A stretch of 64,000 nt of DNA from an uncultured Gemmatimonadales bacterium (GCA_963771275.1 CAVYSW010000009.1:256001-320000), one strand, 5' to 3'; counted from the first letter of the stretch, positions 18,895-29,204 are shown. Program-made: numbers and translations. Notes: a model not told the origin generated them from the letters alone.

Positions 18895-21021
18895 ATGACC
18901 ACCCGAATGGAGTTGACCCGACGCGAGTTCCTCCAGGCCGCTGCCGCCGCCGGCAGCGGACTGGTGATCGGCTTCACGCTGCCGAGTTGCGCGCGCCCGC
19001 CGGAGGGCCCGCCGCTCGAGCCCAACGCCTGGCTCAAGATCGGCGCCGACGAGAGCATTCTGGTGATCGTGGACCGCTCCGAGATGGGCCAGGGCGTGGC
19101 CACGTCGCTCCCGATGCTCTTGGCTGAAGAGCTCGAAGCCGACTGGTCGAAGATCGGGTTCGAGTTCGCGCCCGCGGACCCCAAGTACAACAACCTGCTG
19201 TTCGGAATGCAGGGGACCGGTGGGAGCAGCAGCATCCGCGCGGCGTATACCCCGCTGCGCAAGGCGGGCGCGGCCGCGCGGGAGGTCCTCATCGCGGCGG
19301 CTGCCCACACGTGGGGCGCCGACCGCTCGGCCTGCCGGGCGGAGCAGGGCGTGGTGATCCATACGGACGGGCGGCGGCTCACATACGGGCGGCTCGTCGC
19401 CACCGCCAGGACGCTCCCCGTGCCGACCGACCCGCCGCTCAAGGAGGCGAAGGACTGGAAGATCCTCGGCACCCGCGTGCCCCGGCTCGACACACCCTTC
19501 AAGGTGGACGGCAGCGCCCAGTTCGGCATCGACGTGACGCTGCCGGGCATGCTGGTCGCGGTGGTCGCCCGGTGCCCCGTGTTCGGCGGCACGGTGGCGA
19601 GCTTCGACCCGGCGGCGGCGCAGGCCGTGCCGGGCGTGCGCCATGTGGTGCAGATCTCGAGCGGCGTCGCGGTCGTGGCGGACGGGTACTGGCCGGCCAA
19701 GACCGGCCGCGACGCGCTCCAGGTCTCCTGGACCGAAGGCCCGAACGCCGCGGTCTCGAGCACGACCATCGCCCGGCTCTTCGCCGAGCGGGCCGGGCGT
19801 CCCGGGGTGCGGGCCCGGCACGACGGCAACCCCGACGCCGCGCTGCCGGGCGCCGCGCGGCGGCTGGAGGCCGTGTACGAAACCCCCTTCCTGGCGCACG
19901 CCACGATGGAGCCGATGAACGCCACCGCGCACGTGCGGTCGGACGGCGTGGACATCTGGGCGCCCACGCAATTCCAGACCGGCGCGCACCAGATGGGCTC
20001 AGCCATCGGCGGGGTGCCGCCAGAGCAGGTGAAGGTCCATACCACCTACTTGGGCGGCGGGTTCGGCCGTCGCTTCGAGCTGGACTTCATTCAGGAGGCG
20101 CTCGAGACGTCCAAGGCGGTGGGGGCGCCGGTCAAGGTCATCTGGTCGCGCGAGGACGACGTCCGGCACGAGTGGTATCGGCCGGCGTCGTATCATCACG
20201 TGCGGGCGGGACTGGACGGCCGCGGGCAACCGGTCGCGTGGACGCACCGGGTCGTGGCGCCCTCGATCATGATCCGCGTCTTCCCCAACACGGTGCAGAA
20301 CGGCCTGGACGGCGAGGCCGTCGAGGGCGCCGTCGAGATGCCGTACAGCGTCTCCAACGTGCACGTGGACTACGTGATGACCGACACGGGGATCCCGGTG
20401 GGATTCTGGCGGTCGGTGAACCACTCGTACAACGCGTTCGCGGTGGAGAGCTTCATCGACGAGCTGGCCCACGCCGCCGGGCAGGACCCGTACGAGTATC
20501 GGCGGGCGCTGCTGGGTAGTGCGCCGCGCTATCTCCGCGTGCTCGAGCTGGCGGCGACCAAGGCGGGCTGGGGCACGCCGGCACCGGCCGGCCGTTCCCG
20601 GGGCATCGCCGTCCACAAGGCGTTCGAGTCGTACGTGGCGCAGGTGGCCGAGGTGTCCGTGGGGTCCGACGGCACGGTGCGGGTGCATCGCGTGGTGTGC
20701 GCCATCGACTGCGGGCCGGTGGTGAACCCCGACACGGTCGAGGCGCAGATGCAGAGTGGGATCGTGTACGGACTCACCGCGGCGCTCTTCGGCGAGATCG
20801 GCATCGAGGGCGGTCGCGTGATGCAGAGCAACTTTCATGACTACCCGATGCTGCGCCTGGCGGAGATGCCGACTGTGGAGGTGCACATCGTGCCGAGCAC
20901 CGACGCGCAGGGAGGGGTGGGCGAGCCGGGAACGCCGCCCATCGCGCCGGCGGTGTGCAACGCGATCTTCGCGGCGACGGGCAAGCGGATCCGCAAGCTG
21001 CCGATCGGCAAGGTGGTCTGA
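18895..21021 (+). CDS. Xanthine dehydrogenase family molybdopterin-binding subunit (IorB-like), Tat signal
   Basis: [39 protein letters not shown]. Confidence 0.95.
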   Translation: MTTRMELTRREFLQAAAAAGSGLVIGFTLPSCARPPEGPPLEPNAWLKIGADESILVIVDRSEMGQGVATSLPMLLAEELEADWSKIGFEFAPADPKYNNLLFGMQGTGGSSSIRAAYTPLRKAGAAAREVLIAAAAHTWGADRSACRAEQGVVIHTDGRRLTYGRLVATARTLPVPTDPPLKEAKDWKILGTRVPRLDTPFKVDGSAQFGIDVTLPGMLVAVVARCPVFGGTVASFDPAAAQAVPGVRHVVQISSGVAVVADGYWPAKTGRDALQVSWTEGPNAAVSSTTIARLFAERAGRPGVRARHDGNPDAALPGAARRLEAVYETPFLAHATMEPMNATAHVRSDGVDIWAPTQFQTGAHQMGSAIGGVPPEQVKVHTTYLGGGFGRRFELDFIQEALETSKAVGAPVKVIWSREDDVRHEWYRPASYHHVRAGLDGRGQPVAWTHRVVAPSIMIRVFPNTVQNGLDGEAVEGAVEMPYSVSNVHVDYVMTDTGIPVGFWRSVNHSYNAFAVESFIDELAHAAGQDPYEYRRALLGSAPRYLRVLELAATKAGWGTPAPAGRSRGIAVHKAFESYVAQVAEVSVGSDGTVRVHRVVCAIDCGPVVNPDTVEAQMQSGIVYGLTAALFGEIGIEGGRVMQSNFHDYPMLRLAEMPTVEVHIVPSTDAQGGVGEPGTPPIAPAVCNAIFAATGKRIRKLPIGKVV

Positions 21022-21066
21022 GCGTGGGTGCCAGGCCAAAACACACCACTACCGGGAGGATGATCC

Positions 21067-21597
21067 ATGAAACGTCTGATTGCGCCGGCCTTTGCGGCCT
21101 GCATGCTCGCGGCGCCGGCACTCGCCCAGGAAGCCCCGAAGCCCGGGCCGGAGCACGCGCGGATGGGCTACTTCGCCGGTACCTGGGAATTCGCCGGCGA
21201 GGCCAAGGCATCGCCGATGGGCCCGGGAGGCAAGATCAGCGGCGGTGAGACCTGCCAGTGGTTCGCCGGCGGGTTCCAGCTGGTGTGCCAGGGCGATATG
21301 ACCGGTCCGCGCGGGTCCGGGAAGAGCGGGAGCGTCTGGGCCTACGACCCGATGCAACAGGCTTACACGTTCTACGGGTACAACAGCTTCGGCGAGGCGT
21401 TCTCCATCACGGGCACCGTGGCCGGGAAGGTGTGGACCTGGAATGCCGAGTTCCCGTTCCAGGGCGCCTCGATGAAGATCCGGGCGACCATGACCGAGGA
21501 ATCTCCCACGGCCTATTCGTACATGATGGAGACCTCGACCGACGGAACGACCTGGGCGTTGGGAGAGGAAGGTCGCGCGACCAAGAAGACCCGATGA
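21067..21597 (+). CDS. Secreted DUF1579-like beta-barrel protein
   Basis: GGAGG RBS; signal peptide; [17 protein letters not shown]. Confidence 0.75.
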   Translation: MKRLIAPAFAACMLAAPALAQEAPKPGPEHARMGYFAGTWEFAGEAKASPMGPGGKISGGETCQWFAGGFQLVCQGDMTGPRGSGKSGSVWAYDPMQQAYTFYGYNSFGEAFSITGTVAGKVWTWNAEFPFQGASMKIRATMTEESPTAYSYMMETSTDGTTWALGEEGRATKKTR

Positions 21598-21601
21598 CGC
21601 G

Positions 21602-21641
21602 GATGGACGCAGCCCGGATCATCGTCCGGGCTGCGTCCATC
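21602..21641. repeat. Perfect 17-bp inverted repeat (REP-like hairpin)
   Basis: GATGGACGCAGCCCGGA-TCATCG-TCCGGGCTGCGTCCATC. Confidence 0.85.
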
Positions 21642-21651
21642 AACCGCGAGC

Positions 21652-21897
21652 TTGATGGCCCAGGCGGACACGCTTCGGTGGCAGGGCGAGCAGGACAAGA
21701 TCGGGCCTGAGCACGTGGCACCCATGGTCGAGGTGGCACGGGCAGTCCTGCTCGCCGAGCGCCGGCGGCGCGCCACCGTCGGTGAGAGCGACCCGTGGGT
21801 CTTCCCTGCCCCAGAGGACAGTCAGCAGCCGGACCCCGAGGCGATGCGGCTGGCGCCGGACAACCGGGGCGTTCTCAGGGATAGCCGTGCGCCCTAG
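21652..21897 (+). pseudogene. Tyrosine recombinase/integrase C-terminal remnant, catalytic HxxR segment missing
   Basis: LRWQGEQDKIGPEHVAP..WVFPAP then QQPDPEAMRLA; resembles the catalytic-Lys loop and post-Tyr tail of phage integrases. Confidence 0.6.
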
Positions 21898-21935
21898 AAC
21901 CTCGCCCACGTCCCGGGGCGCACCAACGGCAGGCC

Positions 21936-23426
21936 CTAACGAGCCGTCCGCGGAATGCGCAGGCGCACGCCTTCCTCTGGCGGGGCCATGGCGTTCGCGG
22001 CGGCAAGATCGGCCAAGGCAGCCGCGTATTCCTCCCACCGGACTGACCCGGTGAAACGCTGGGCCTCGTCCAGCATCAGAACAAACGGCATCGGGCGGTC
22101 TTGCCGCGACAAGGCGCGCAGCCCGCCGAGGTAATCATCCCGGTACACGGTTGGGACAACGATGCGCCGTTCTCCCGCCGCCACGAGTTCCGCGTTCATG
22201 AAGGCGCGCGCAATTCGCCCGTTGCCATCCGTAAAGGGATGCACCTCCGTCAACACGAACATGACCATCGCCGCCCGTTGAAACGCGGTGCGAAGGGCGC
22301 GTGCAGCTTCCCACCCCTTCATGAGCGTTCCCGGGACGAGTTCCGGCTCGACGAACCGCGTGCCGCCGGCTTGGTTGGGCTTGGTCTTCCACTGCCCCGG
22401 CCCCACTTCGGGACGTCCGGCCATCAGCGTTGCATGGGACGTCGCCACGCGCTCCAGGAAGTCCACTGCGCTTCGGTCACCGGCGACCGCACGGCCCAGC
22501 CAGGTAGCGTCGCCAACCAGGCGATAGGTGCCCAGGACATCGTGCGCGTCGGCTGGTCGGCGTGCTGGAATGAGGCCATCGAAAACGATCGCGCGCGCCT
22601 CCTCGACCTCAAACTCAGTACCCTCGATGTAGTTCGAGAAGTACGCGTCGAAGAACGACACATTCGCAAACGCCGGTCCGGCCGTAACCCGATCTTCCCG
22701 CAACGGAGGCGACACCGTCGGGAGGGTCCGCGCCAACAGGTCAAACCGCTCGACGCGTTCCGGATCGAACGGCGCTCCCGCGGCGCGAGCCCGTGCGGCT
22801 GGGGTCCGCAGGGCAGCGGCCGGCCGGGACCGGAGAAGCGCCCCGATCAGCCCGTCGAGCTGCGCCATTTCCCGGTCGGCGCCGAGCGCGGCAGTCAGGG
22901 CCCGAGCCTGGTCCCGGATGGCGTTCACCGCCGTCTCCCCGCGACTCCTAAGCATGGTCTCAAGGCGCGTTTCGATCTCCTGTCGAGACACCGTACGGCG
23001 CACCCCAGCCCGCGCGCGGGCGATAGCGAGGTTCTCGAGCAGCAGACGAGCTTCCGAAGCAAGCAGAAGCCCGTTGAGGAACGGCTGATCGCCCGCAAGG
23101 GCTGTTGGACCCTTGTACACTCGGAGCCGAAGGCCTGGAAGGTCGAGGCGCCTGCTCGTGGAGCTCGTCATGAACACGGTGCCGTCTGGACTCGGTCTGG
23201 CTTCAAAGGCCGTGCGATGGGAGACGACGGCACCCGGGGCGTAGTGGGCCGCAATCTCCCACAGATGCCGGCCGACGACCAGAGCAGGGTCGTCAGCGAG
23301 ATTCGGCGTGTACAAGGCAGGTCCGATCTTCCGAAGTTCACCGCGCGCTACTGCGCGGCTTACTCGTGAAGAGCCGGTTCCGCCACCGAAGACGAACTCG
23401 GGCCAGGGGACGCGCGGTTTTGCCAT
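21936..23426 (-). CDS. Fic family protein with long N-terminal extension
   Basis: Canonical HPFTDGNGRIAR motif; FFDAYFSNYIEGT. Confidence 0.92.
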   Translation of the reverse strand: MAKPRVPWPEFVFGGGTGSSRVSRAVARGELRKIGPALYTPNLADDPALVVGRHLWEIAAHYAPGAVVSHRTAFEARPSPDGTVFMTSSTSRRLDLPGLRLRVYKGPTALAGDQPFLNGLLLASEARLLLENLAIARARAGVRRTVSRQEIETRLETMLRSRGETAVNAIRDQARALTAALGADREMAQLDGLIGALLRSRPAAALRTPAARARAAGAPFDPERVERFDLLARTLPTVSPPLREDRVTAGPAFANVSFFDAYFSNYIEGTEFEVEEARAIVFDGLIPARRPADAHDVLGTYRLVGDATWLGRAVAGDRSAVDFLERVATSHATLMAGRPEVGPGQWKTKPNQAGGTRFVEPELVPGTLMKGWEAARALRTAFQRAAMVMFVLTEVHPFTDGNGRIARAFMNAELVAAGERRIVVPTVYRDDYLGGLRALSRQDRPMPFVLMLDEAQRFTGSVRWEEYAAALADLAAANAMAPPEEGVRLRIPRTAR

Positions 23427-23459
23427 GAGAAGACCACCAGGAGTGCGATTGAGCAAGTA

Positions 23460-23487
23460 ATTATAACGAGATATGTCGGTAATGCAA
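23460..23487 (-). promoter_or_regulatory. Near-consensus sigma70 promoter of the fic gene
   Basis: TTGCAT-N16-TATAAT on the minus strand. Confidence 0.65.
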
Positions 23488-23557
23488 GAAATCGGCACGA
23501 GAAATGCTCGAAGCTGGGACCATCAACGTCTGGAATCTGACACCCATGTCTGTAATT

Positions 23558-23642
23558 CGTTGACAGACCGCGTGATCTGCCGGGGTTCCAGGCGTGAGGC
23601 GACGGGGGTCTTTCGGGGTCAATCGACACCGGAATCGACACC
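23558..23642 (+). repeat. ~85-bp direct repeat, copy 1
   Basis: CGTTGAC..GATCTGCCGGGGTTCCAGGCGTGAGG..TTTCGGGGTCAATCGACACCGGAATCGACACC. Confidence 0.92.
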
Positions 23643-23816
23643 AGATGACGGCTGCGATCCGTCCAGGACTTGGACCTTTCCCGTCCCTCTGGCAATGAGT
23701 CCCGAACACGCGTACCCTTGAGCAAGAAGCACCGCTGCCTCTTCTGGCGAATGCGGACTCGACGGACGCATGGACATGACACGTCGACCCGACCTGACGC
23801 CAGCTCCATCCTCGCG

Positions 23817-24131
23817 ATGGCTTTGACCACCGTCGGGGAGTACGCTGGAGACGCCGCAAACGACGCGATTCAGCACATCAGATCGGCGGTCATCCCCCTG
23901 TACCGCGAGTCCAAGGGGAACCCCGAGTCTGAAGGGGACCCGTCGTTCGTGGGGTCGGGCGTCCTGTTAAGGGCGGGGAACCACCATCTCCTTCTGACGG
24001 CAGCGCACGTCCTGGATGACGCAGCCGACTCGCCTTTCGTGGCCCTCGGGGGTCGATCGCTCAGCTTGGGCAGCGAGTTGATCGAGCAGTACGGGCTGCG
24101 CGTCGCCGCTCCCGCTAAGACGCGCGCATAG
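23817..24131 (+). pseudogene. Trypsin-like serine protease, N-terminal fragment
   Basis: VGSGVLL..LLLTAAHVLD present; no catalytic GxSG before the stop. Confidence 0.6.
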
Positions 24132-24139
24132 AAGCTCGC

Positions 24140-25366
24140 ATGGTGCAAGACCACAGGCCTCCACGTCGACTGCACGCGATCCCACCAGTCCTTTGCCTTA
24201 TTCTGGCATCGTGCAAAGGCGGGGTCGAGAATGGGCGAAGCCGGGCGGAAGCAGGATCACGGCCGAGCGTGGGAGCTATGACCGAGTGCCTGCCGCTTCC
24301 GCATGAGGTCGCATCGGACGCTGACGTGACGATCGGAGACACGAATCCCGATTCTGCCCAGTACGCGTTTTCGGGCGTCACTAGCGTCGCGACCACTGCT
24401 AATGGCATGGAACTCGTGCTCGACGCACCGGAGCGCAGGGTACGCATCTTTGATCAGGCTGGACGGTTTGTCCGCGACATTGGCCGGGAGGGCCGCGGTC
24501 CCGGCGAGTTCATCGATCCAGTCGGAATGGGCGTTCTTGGCGATTCTCTTGTTGTGCTATTCGATCGTCAGCTTGAGCGCGTTACTGTGTTTCACCTTGG
24601 TGGATCCCTTGTCTTCACGAAACGAGTGGGCGTCGGACTGATGGTTCAGGGCTTGGTCCTAAGGATCGCCGCGCTCGACCTTCAAACGCTCGTATTTGAG
24701 ACCTTTCGGGGGTACCGTCAACCGGCTCGCATCGGCGTGGATGGTACAGGCGCACTGCTTCGAGTGCACGTTGACATCACGCAACTCGACTCACTTGTCA
24801 CGTTTGAGGGCCGCGACGCCATCCCGCTGCACACCGAGGCGCAGCCTTACCCACTCGTACTACAGGCACCGTTCTCTCGGGCACCACACTGGGCGCTGGG
24901 TCCGAGTGTGCTCGCCTTCGGCAGGAGCGACGAGCCGTGGATTCGGATCATGAGTCTGGATGGGCAAGTGCTTGACAGCGTCGAGCTCTCAGACTTCCCC
25001 GACCAAGTGACGTCAGTTGACATTGCGGAGTACAAAGCGTCACAGCGGGCGCTTGTAGACGATCGGACGGCGGCACCGCTTCGACGCGCTGTCGAGAACG
25101 CATTGAGCAGTCTTGCATACCCGAGTACATGGCCGTGGTTCCGGTCGGTGCTCTTTGACCGGTGCGGAAGCCTGTGGGTTGAACGCGTCCGGCCGCGTGA
25201 ACCGACTCGTGTTTGGGACGTCTTCGACTCTCGCCTTCGGTACCTCGGTGAGGTCAGGACACCCTCTGGGCTAACCGTCCACGTCGTGGATTCTACTGGC
25301 CTATGGGGTACGCGTACCGACAGTCTGGGAGCGGTACAGGTTCAGCGCTACCGTTTCGTCCGATAG
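24140..25366 (+). CDS. 6-bladed beta-propeller lipoprotein
   Basis: Lipobox LASC; RIFDQAGRFVRDIGREGRGPGEF; WDVFD..YLGEV. Confidence 0.8.
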   Translation: MVQDHRPPRRLHAIPPVLCLILASCKGGVENGRSRAEAGSRPSVGAMTECLPLPHEVASDADVTIGDTNPDSAQYAFSGVTSVATTANGMELVLDAPERRVRIFDQAGRFVRDIGREGRGPGEFIDPVGMGVLGDSLVVLFDRQLERVTVFHLGGSLVFTKRVGVGLMVQGLVLRIAALDLQTLVFETFRGYRQPARIGVDGTGALLRVHVDITQLDSLVTFEGRDAIPLHTEAQPYPLVLQAPFSRAPHWALGPSVLAFGRSDEPWIRIMSLDGQVLDSVELSDFPDQVTSVDIAEYKASQRALVDDRTAAPLRRAVENALSSLAYPSTWPWFRSVLFDRCGSLWVERVRPREPTRVWDVFDSRLRYLGEVRTPSGLTVHVVDSTGLWGTRTDSLGAVQVQRYRFVR

Positions 25367-25384
25367 TCAAGACCTTCGCGCTGG

Positions 25385-25467
25385 CGTTGACGGACCCGCG
25401 ATCTGCCGGGGTTCCAGGCGTGAGGTGCCGGCCTGTTTCGGGGTCAATCGACACCGGAATCGACACC
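25385..25467 (+). repeat. ~85-bp direct repeat, copy 2
   Basis: Same blocks as copy 1; differs mainly in a ~10-bp central spacer. Confidence 0.92.
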
Positions 25468-25528
25468 GCGCGGTGGTCAGGCCGTGCACCGGTAGGCGGA
25501 GGACATGCAGACTAGTTAGAGACTGCGG

Positions 25529-26059
25529 ATGTCCATGTCCAACGAGCCACTTCACCTGCTTCTGACCGCACTCGGCACCCCGGCATCCTGCTTTGTGCTT
25601 GGCGCTGGCGCCTCTGCTCCCGACGTCCCGACGATCGCAGAACTGCCGTACCGTGTAGCTGCCTACGCCGGCCAGCTCGGCTCATTCCCGGCAGGGCCGA
25701 TCGCCGACTCCCCTCTGCGTCAGCTGATCGCCCCTCTGATACGACGGGCTCGGCTAACAACGTCGATTGAAGAGTGGAAGGCCGGAGCGATGACCGACTC
25801 TACGGTAGCGGCAATCCTCGAACATCTCATCGCCCTGGCGCACTGGCGCCCCTTGGTCCAGTACTCCGTCTTTCGTCTGTTCCCGATCAACGCCGCGCTT
25901 GTCAGCTTCAACTGGGACGGGCTCGCGTTCACTCGTTGTCCTCAGTCCATCGTACTGCACCCCCATGGCCGCGTACCACCGAGGGGGAAACGTCGGACGT
26001 CTGCTCTCGGAATCCCGACAAAAAGAGTCTTCGCATTCTGCAATACCTGCTACCAGTAG
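25529..26059 (+). pseudogene. SIR2-like (SIR2_2) protein, C-terminally truncated
   Basis: FVLGAGAS, LVSFNWDGL, VLHPHG motifs, then unrelated sequence after ~25980. Confidence 0.65.
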
Positions 26060-26151
26060 CAGTTGCGGATCAGCGCTCCGACGCCGAATCTTGGTGCGAC
26101 CGACTCACTCACGCAGAGCAACAGGGTGTTGAGCGATGGATCGAGGGTGAC

Positions 26152-29106
26152 GTGTCACGCATCCTACGCTGTCGTATCTCAGGGGTTGTCTGCTTCACGG
26201 TTGCCACGCTAGGCCTGGGGTCGTGCGAGTCCACGACCGCACCGGCCGACGGCGATAACCACATCGCGATCGGTACCGTCGTGACCGGGTCGCTCGCCGC
26301 GGGCGACTCCGGGCGTGCCTACCTGTTCCCGGCCACGGCCGGCTCGCGTTATGTGGTCTTCACCGCGGTGCTCGAGGGGACCCTGCAGCTGAGCGTTCGA
26401 GACTCCGCACAGCAGTTCGCCATCGCGTCGGCGGTGGCGAGCCCGACGGGCCGGCCGCTCGAAGAGACCGCCTCTCTGCAGTTCACGGCCTCCGTGAGCG
26501 GGACACACGTCCTCGCGGTGGGCGGCTACCCGGCCCACGCGGTGGTGCGGTTCCAGTTCCTCATCTATGGGGTGGTCGACGCTCCCGAGAACCGACCAGC
26601 CGCGTTCGCGATCGGCGACACGGTGAGCGGCGAGACCCTCGATCCCATCGCCGATGTCGACCTGTTCACCGCGCACGTGCCGGTGGGGCAGGACTTCGTC
26701 GTGGTCGCGGAGGCTCCCGCCGCAACAGGGGTCGGCCCGCTGGCCCTCGCGGTCTGGGACTCGACGGAAACGCTGGCGTTCACGTTCTTCCCGACGGGCA
26801 TGCCCGCCGCGATCACGACCGGCCGGGTGCATGCGCCCGTCGCTGGCACCTACTGGTTTCGGTTCGAGGCCGCCGGCGCGGGCGTCGGAGGATCACCGCG
26901 GTTTCACGGAGCGTATCGATTCTGGACCTACACGATCGACCCGGCACCGGAGCACCGCGTCGCGGCGGTTACGCCCTCGACCGTGATCAGCGGCGAGACG
27001 CTCGATCGTGCCGGAGACCTGGACGTGTTCACATTCTCGGCGGCGGCCGGCGACGAGCTGAACGCGTTCTACCAGTCGACGGTGCCGTCCCATCTCGAGA
27101 TCGCATCCGGCGCGGGGCCCGCGCTCGCCACTGTCTCGGCCGGCCCCGACACGGCCCTGTTCAGCCGGAACACCGGTCGGATGCGGCTGGCCCAGGCGGG
27201 CTCCTACGTCGCGCGCGTCAGCGCGGACGGGCCGACGCTCAGCGACACGGGCGCGTATCGCTTCTTCCTCTACCCGATCGACCGGCGGCCTGAGAACGTG
27301 CCGGCAGCCATCGTCCCCGGTGACTCGATCGCCGGCGAAGCCATCGACCTGCCGGGAGACGTGGACGAGTTCACGTTCACCGCGTCCGCCGGGGACGAAT
27401 TCAACGCCTTCCTCCAGGCGGAGCACGGCTCAGCCCCGACCACGCTAGAAGCCGTTGACGCCGACTCGACGGTGCTCGCCACTGTCCTGAGCACCGCGGC
27501 GGACACGAGCCTTCTGGGACAGGCTACACCGCGCTTCGCAGTCAGGACCAACGGGACGCACCGGCTACGCGTGGAGGGTACGGGAGCCGGCAGCGAGGGC
27601 GGCGGCCCGTACCGGCTGTTCCTGGCCCGAATCAACCGCAAGCCAGAATCGCGGCCCGATACGCTCGCGCCTGGCGACACGGTCGTGGCCGAGGCGATGG
27701 ATCTCCCCGGCGACGTGGACGAGTATGTGGTCCACGTACCTGATTCGAGTGGAGCGAACCTCGTGGTCCAGCTGGGGTACGTGGCGGCTGGCGGCTACCT
27801 CCTGGCGGAGCTCACCGACTCGGCTTCCGGCCAGGTTCTCGGGAGCGCGACCAGCTACGGCTGGCCCGGCCTGACCGGGACGCTGGCGCTCGCGCCGGGC
27901 ACCTACGTCATCCAGGTGGAGGAGCCGTACACCTATCGGCCGGTGCTCCGCGGCCCGTACCGCTTGTGGCTGTATCGCTTCGGCTTTGGACCCGAGGCGG
28001 TGCCCGACAGCATCGTGCCCGGCGACACCGTCTCGGGCGAGGCGCTCGACGTGCCGGGCGACGTCGACGCCTACCGCCTGTACGTCGGTCCGCGACAGCA
28101 CGTCAACGTGATGATCCAGGGCCTCTCGTCGGGAAACGGCGGCTTCCAGGTCTGGATCAGCACCTCGTGGGGTAGGCCACTCGCGCTGGTGGCAACGCCC
28201 CTGTCATCGGCCGCGCTGGCCGATCACCAGACGCTCCGGCTCGATCTCCTCGGGGCGGGATGGTACAACGTGGGAGTTTCCGGAGGCACCTCGCCAACCA
28301 CCCAACTGAGCGAGCGGGGCACGTATCGGCTGGCCGTTCTGCCGGTGGACACGCTGCCGGAGACGGCAAGTCCGTCGCTCGCCATCGGCGATTCGCTCAC
28401 CACGGAGGGCATGGACTTCATTGGGGACTGGGACCAGTACAGCGTGACGGCGCCGCCGGGCCAGGAGCTGAACGTCCTGTTCGGCACCGACGCGCCGTGC
28501 TGCGGTCCGCAGGTTCTGGTGTTCGACCCCGCGACCGGCGACACCCTGGCCGCTTCGGGCGGTCAAGGCGACCACATCGCGGGGGCAGCGCGTGTCCCGG
28601 CGAGCGGCCGGGTCGCGGTCGCGGTATTCGAGCCGCCCTCCGTCTACTTCAGGCAGTGCTACGACGCCACCTGCGGAGGCGTGTTCCACTATACGGGACC
28701 GTACCGCCTCCAGGCGCTCTTACTCAATCGCGCGCCCGAGACCGCGCCGGCGGCGTACACGCTCGGCGACACGGTGCGCACCGAAGCGATCCTCCCCGCC
28801 GGCGACATCGACGAGTTCACCCTGACTGCGACGCCGGGCGAGACGCTGACCCCATGGTATCGCCTCCGCGCGGCTCCTGTTCCCCCGGGCAGCATGATCA
28901 AGCTCGAGGTGATCGATCCGGCGACGGGAACCGTTCTGGTGGGCGCGAACGCCGCCGTGAACGTCTTCGCACCGGAGTTCTTCTCGCCGGGCTCGTTCAC
29001 GGTGCCTGCCTCGGGGCAGGTGTTGATCCGACTCCGAGGGACCGGCACCTTCGGCAATGAGGTGGGGACCGCTCCGTACGAGTTCTACATCACGCGGGAG
29101 CCCTGA
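26152..29106 (+). CDS. Large lipoprotein of ~8 tandem PPC-like beta-sandwich repeats
   Basis: GTG start after GAGGG; lipobox LGSC; repeated PE..P....GD.V.GE..D..GDVD.F.F..G.YR units of ~120 aa. Confidence 0.8.
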   Translation: MSRILRCRISGVVCFTVATLGLGSCESTTAPADGDNHIAIGTVVTGSLAAGDSGRAYLFPATAGSRYVVFTAVLEGTLQLSVRDSAQQFAIASAVASPTGRPLEETASLQFTASVSGTHVLAVGGYPAHAVVRFQFLIYGVVDAPENRPAAFAIGDTVSGETLDPIADVDLFTAHVPVGQDFVVVAEAPAATGVGPLALAVWDSTETLAFTFFPTGMPAAITTGRVHAPVAGTYWFRFEAAGAGVGGSPRFHGAYRFWTYTIDPAPEHRVAAVTPSTVISGETLDRAGDLDVFTFSAAAGDELNAFYQSTVPSHLEIASGAGPALATVSAGPDTALFSRNTGRMRLAQAGSYVARVSADGPTLSDTGAYRFFLYPIDRRPENVPAAIVPGDSIAGEAIDLPGDVDEFTFTASAGDEFNAFLQAEHGSAPTTLEAVDADSTVLATVLSTAADTSLLGQATPRFAVRTNGTHRLRVEGTGAGSEGGGPYRLFLARINRKPESRPDTLAPGDTVVAEAMDLPGDVDEYVVHVPDSSGANLVVQLGYVAAGGYLLAELTDSASGQVLGSATSYGWPGLTGTLALAPGTYVIQVEEPYTYRPVLRGPYRLWLYRFGFGPEAVPDSIVPGDTVSGEALDVPGDVDAYRLYVGPRQHVNVMIQGLSSGNGGFQVWISTSWGRPLALVATPLSSAALADHQTLRLDLLGAGWYNVGVSGGTSPTTQLSERGTYRLAVLPVDTLPETASPSLAIGDSLTTEGMDFIGDWDQYSVTAPPGQELNVLFGTDAPCCGPQVLVFDPATGDTLAASGGQGDHIAGAARVPASGRVAVAVFEPPSVYFRQCYDATCGGVFHYTGPYRLQALLLNRAPETAPAAYTLGDTVRTEAILPAGDIDEFTLTATPGETLTPWYRLRAAPVPPGSMIKLEVIDPATGTVLVGANAAVNVFAPEFFSPGSFTVPASGQVLIRLRGTGTFGNEVGTAPYEFYITREP

Positions 29107-29176
29107 ACCACGCGCCCACGAAGCAAGGCCCGCCGGGCGGGAACCCGCCGGGTGCTAAGTCGTTGCGTTACTTGGG

Positions 29177-29204
29177 ATGGGCCTGAGTGGAGTTGAACCA
29201 CTGA
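29177..29204 (-). repeat. 28-bp duplication of the tRNA-Ile 3' end (att-like)
   Basis: ATGGGCCTGAGTGGAGTTGAACCACTGA is identical to 29755-29782. Confidence 0.95.

Noticed and set aside
23558..25467. CRISPR array or integron attC sites
   Set aside because: Only two copies 1.8 kb apart and no cas genes. They lack RYYYAAC..GTTRRRY ends and attC symmetry, and there is no intI. GTTAGAG at ~25514 has no matching inverse core.
25774..26151. N-terminal 126 aa of the 1110-aa ORF
   Set aside because: Overlaps the SIR2 fragment; the lipoprotein signal and RBS point to a start at 26152.
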